This document shows positions 61,969 through 63,660 of a DNA stretch of 63,660 nucleotides, piece after piece. A model generated the notes under the pieces. That model made no database searches, was not told the DNA's origin, and saw nothing but the letters and a program-made list of their open reading frames with translations. Origin of the DNA: Chara braunii. Its lineage: Eukaryota; Plantae; Charophyceae. Numbering within the stretch: the stretch's first letter is position 1; every line of letters starts with the position of its first letter. The stretch spans positions 1,376,642 to 1,440,301 of the forward strand of contig BFEA01000007.1 of the NCBI GenBank assembly GCA_003427395.1, read 5' to 3'. Made by a program: the position numbers and the translations under genes.

Positions 61969-63660
61969 TGTCACAGCCCCTCGTTTGTTGTCCTCTTCTC
62001 CCTCTCTGCCTACGGTTTACGGGGCAGCTCTGTTTGACGATATATGTGGATCGGAGTTTTTTTTGGTAACCTTGTCTGCATCCCGGTTGGCTCTGTCCCG
62101 TTGTTCGGTCTATTTTGGGAGAATGGTAGCGATGCTTCATGTGGGATCGGTCATCCGGGTTCTTCTTTTTTTTGGCTGTTTCCCGTTGTTCGGCCTACAC
62201 GGGGGCGGTGCTTTTACGAGGGAATCGTCATCTGGGATTGCCTTTCTTTTTTTTGCAGGTAAGGTGTTCTTTGCTTCAGATTCTTTGCTATGGATATGGT
62301 AGAATCTGTTCTTTGGTTTTCATTTATGTTGAAAATGGCCTGGCTCATCGTTCAACCATCTCACAGTTCCCGTGTCTTGAATCCTGGCTGGTTTGTCCCG
62401 TCGTTTGGCCTGTGCTGTCGGGGGTGGTGTCTGCATGTGGGACTTGTCATCAAGGATTCGTTTGCCTCCTGTTCTGTAATGTTTGGCTGTTCCCTTCCTC
62501 TTTTCTTTGCCTCTTCGCCTTTTGGCTGTGTGCAAGTGGGTCGATATGACACACGGGGGTGGGGGCAGCCGCCGCTCAACCTACATCCACGTGGGCGGCC
62601 TTGTACGCAAGAGGTTTTGAACAGGGGGTTGTAAGGAAGAAGATAAAAAATGAATTTATGTCTTCTTTTTTTCGCATTTGCGCTCTGATAAATTTGTGAC
62701 GATATATATATATTGCATCTGCTGCATATAGATATGTATCTGGGATTCCTTGTTTTTGCAGACAAGAGTTTAATCCTGGGCGGTCTTGTCCCGCCGTTTG
62801 GCCTGTGAAGGACGGGCAGTGCTTGCATGTGGGACTTGTCATCTAGGATCCGTTTTTGGTGCTGTTGCTTGTTGCCCCCTGTTTTGTTGTATTTGGCTGT
62901 TCCCTTCCTCTTTTCTTTGCCTCTTTGCCCTTAGGCCGTGTGCAAGTGGGTCGATATGACACAGGGGGGTGGGGGGCAGCCACCGCTCAACCTACATCCA
63001 CGTGGGCGGCCTTGTACGCAAGAGGTTATGAACAGGCGGAGTTGTAAGAAAGAAGATAGAAAAAACGAATTATTTTTTCTTGCTCTCTTCTGTTTCTTTC
63101 GCCTTTGCGCTCTGATATCCATGTGACGATATATATATATTGCAGGCAAGGTGTTTTGATCTCCTGGTTGGTCTTGTCCGGGCGTTTGGCCTGTGACGTG
63201 GGGGCGGTGCTTGCATGTGGGACTTGTCATCTAGGATTCCCCCCCCCCTCCTGTGTTGTTGTGTTCGCCTGTTTCCTTCCAATTTTCTTTGCCTCTTTGC
63301 CCTTCGACTGTGTGCAAGTGGGTAGATATATGACACACGGGGTGGGGGCAGCCGCTGCTCAAACTACATCCACGTGGGTGGCCTTGTACGCAAGAGGTTC
63401 TGAACAGGGGTAGCTGTAAGGAAGAAGATGAAAAAACGAATTTTTTTTTCTTGTTTTCTTGTTGTTGTTTTTTTGCTTTGAGCTCTGACAACTCTATGAC
63501 GATATACATATATATGCTATGCCAGCGGCGTGTCTGGAGTGTATTTTTTGGCTGTGACAGACCTTTCTTTGTTTCGTGGATGTTTTGCTGGCTTGTGATG
63601 GGGTGTGAACCGACAGTCTGTAGAGTTTTTCATCTGGTGTGGGTGAGTGATAGTCTACTT

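Larger units (their letters stand above)
58590..63520. repeat. Complex array of tandem and inverted modules separated by (TA)n, including a ~400-bp unit (GTGCAAGTGGGTCGATATGACACACGGG...CTACATCCACGTGGGCGGCCTTGTACGCAAGAGG)
   Basis: Unit seen at about 58700, 59715, 62520, 62935 and 63305. A second module, GTCACAGCCCCTCGTTTG...TTTACCGGGCAG, occurs in both orientations. ~515-bp duplication with internal fold-backs at 60730-61630. Confidence 0.88.

Overview
Eukaryotic, green-plant-lineage genomic DNA from a gapped short-read assembly. The U6, 18S and tRNA-primer sequences are plant-type; a repeat-rich streptophyte alga such as Chara is my inference, not something the window proves. The window is almost entirely transposon and repeat derived. 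The only plausible host gene is the first coding exon of an F-box gene at the left edge (minus strand). The centrepiece is an 18.4-kb non-autonomous Ty3/gypsy-type LTR retrotransposon (20813-39198) with TG...CA ends, a GCGG target-site duplication, a tRNA-Asp primer-binding site, decayed gag and very long LTRs (7.3 kb, and 4.9 kb after a deletion). Each LTR carries a near-full-length variant U6 spliceosomal snRNA sequence, analogous to the 5S rRNA carried in Cassandra LTRs. This element sits between two ~2.8-kb inverted copies of another repeat, which also enclose an AT-rich fossil ORF. The window also contains a full-length decayed L1-clade LINE with a target-site duplication, two 3' LINE fragments, a 308-bp LTR with an iMet primer-binding site, an hAT-like MITE, an 18S rRNA fragment, three tRNA-derived heads, a type III hammerhead ribozyme inside a complex repeat array, and a Nextera mate-pair adapter artefact.
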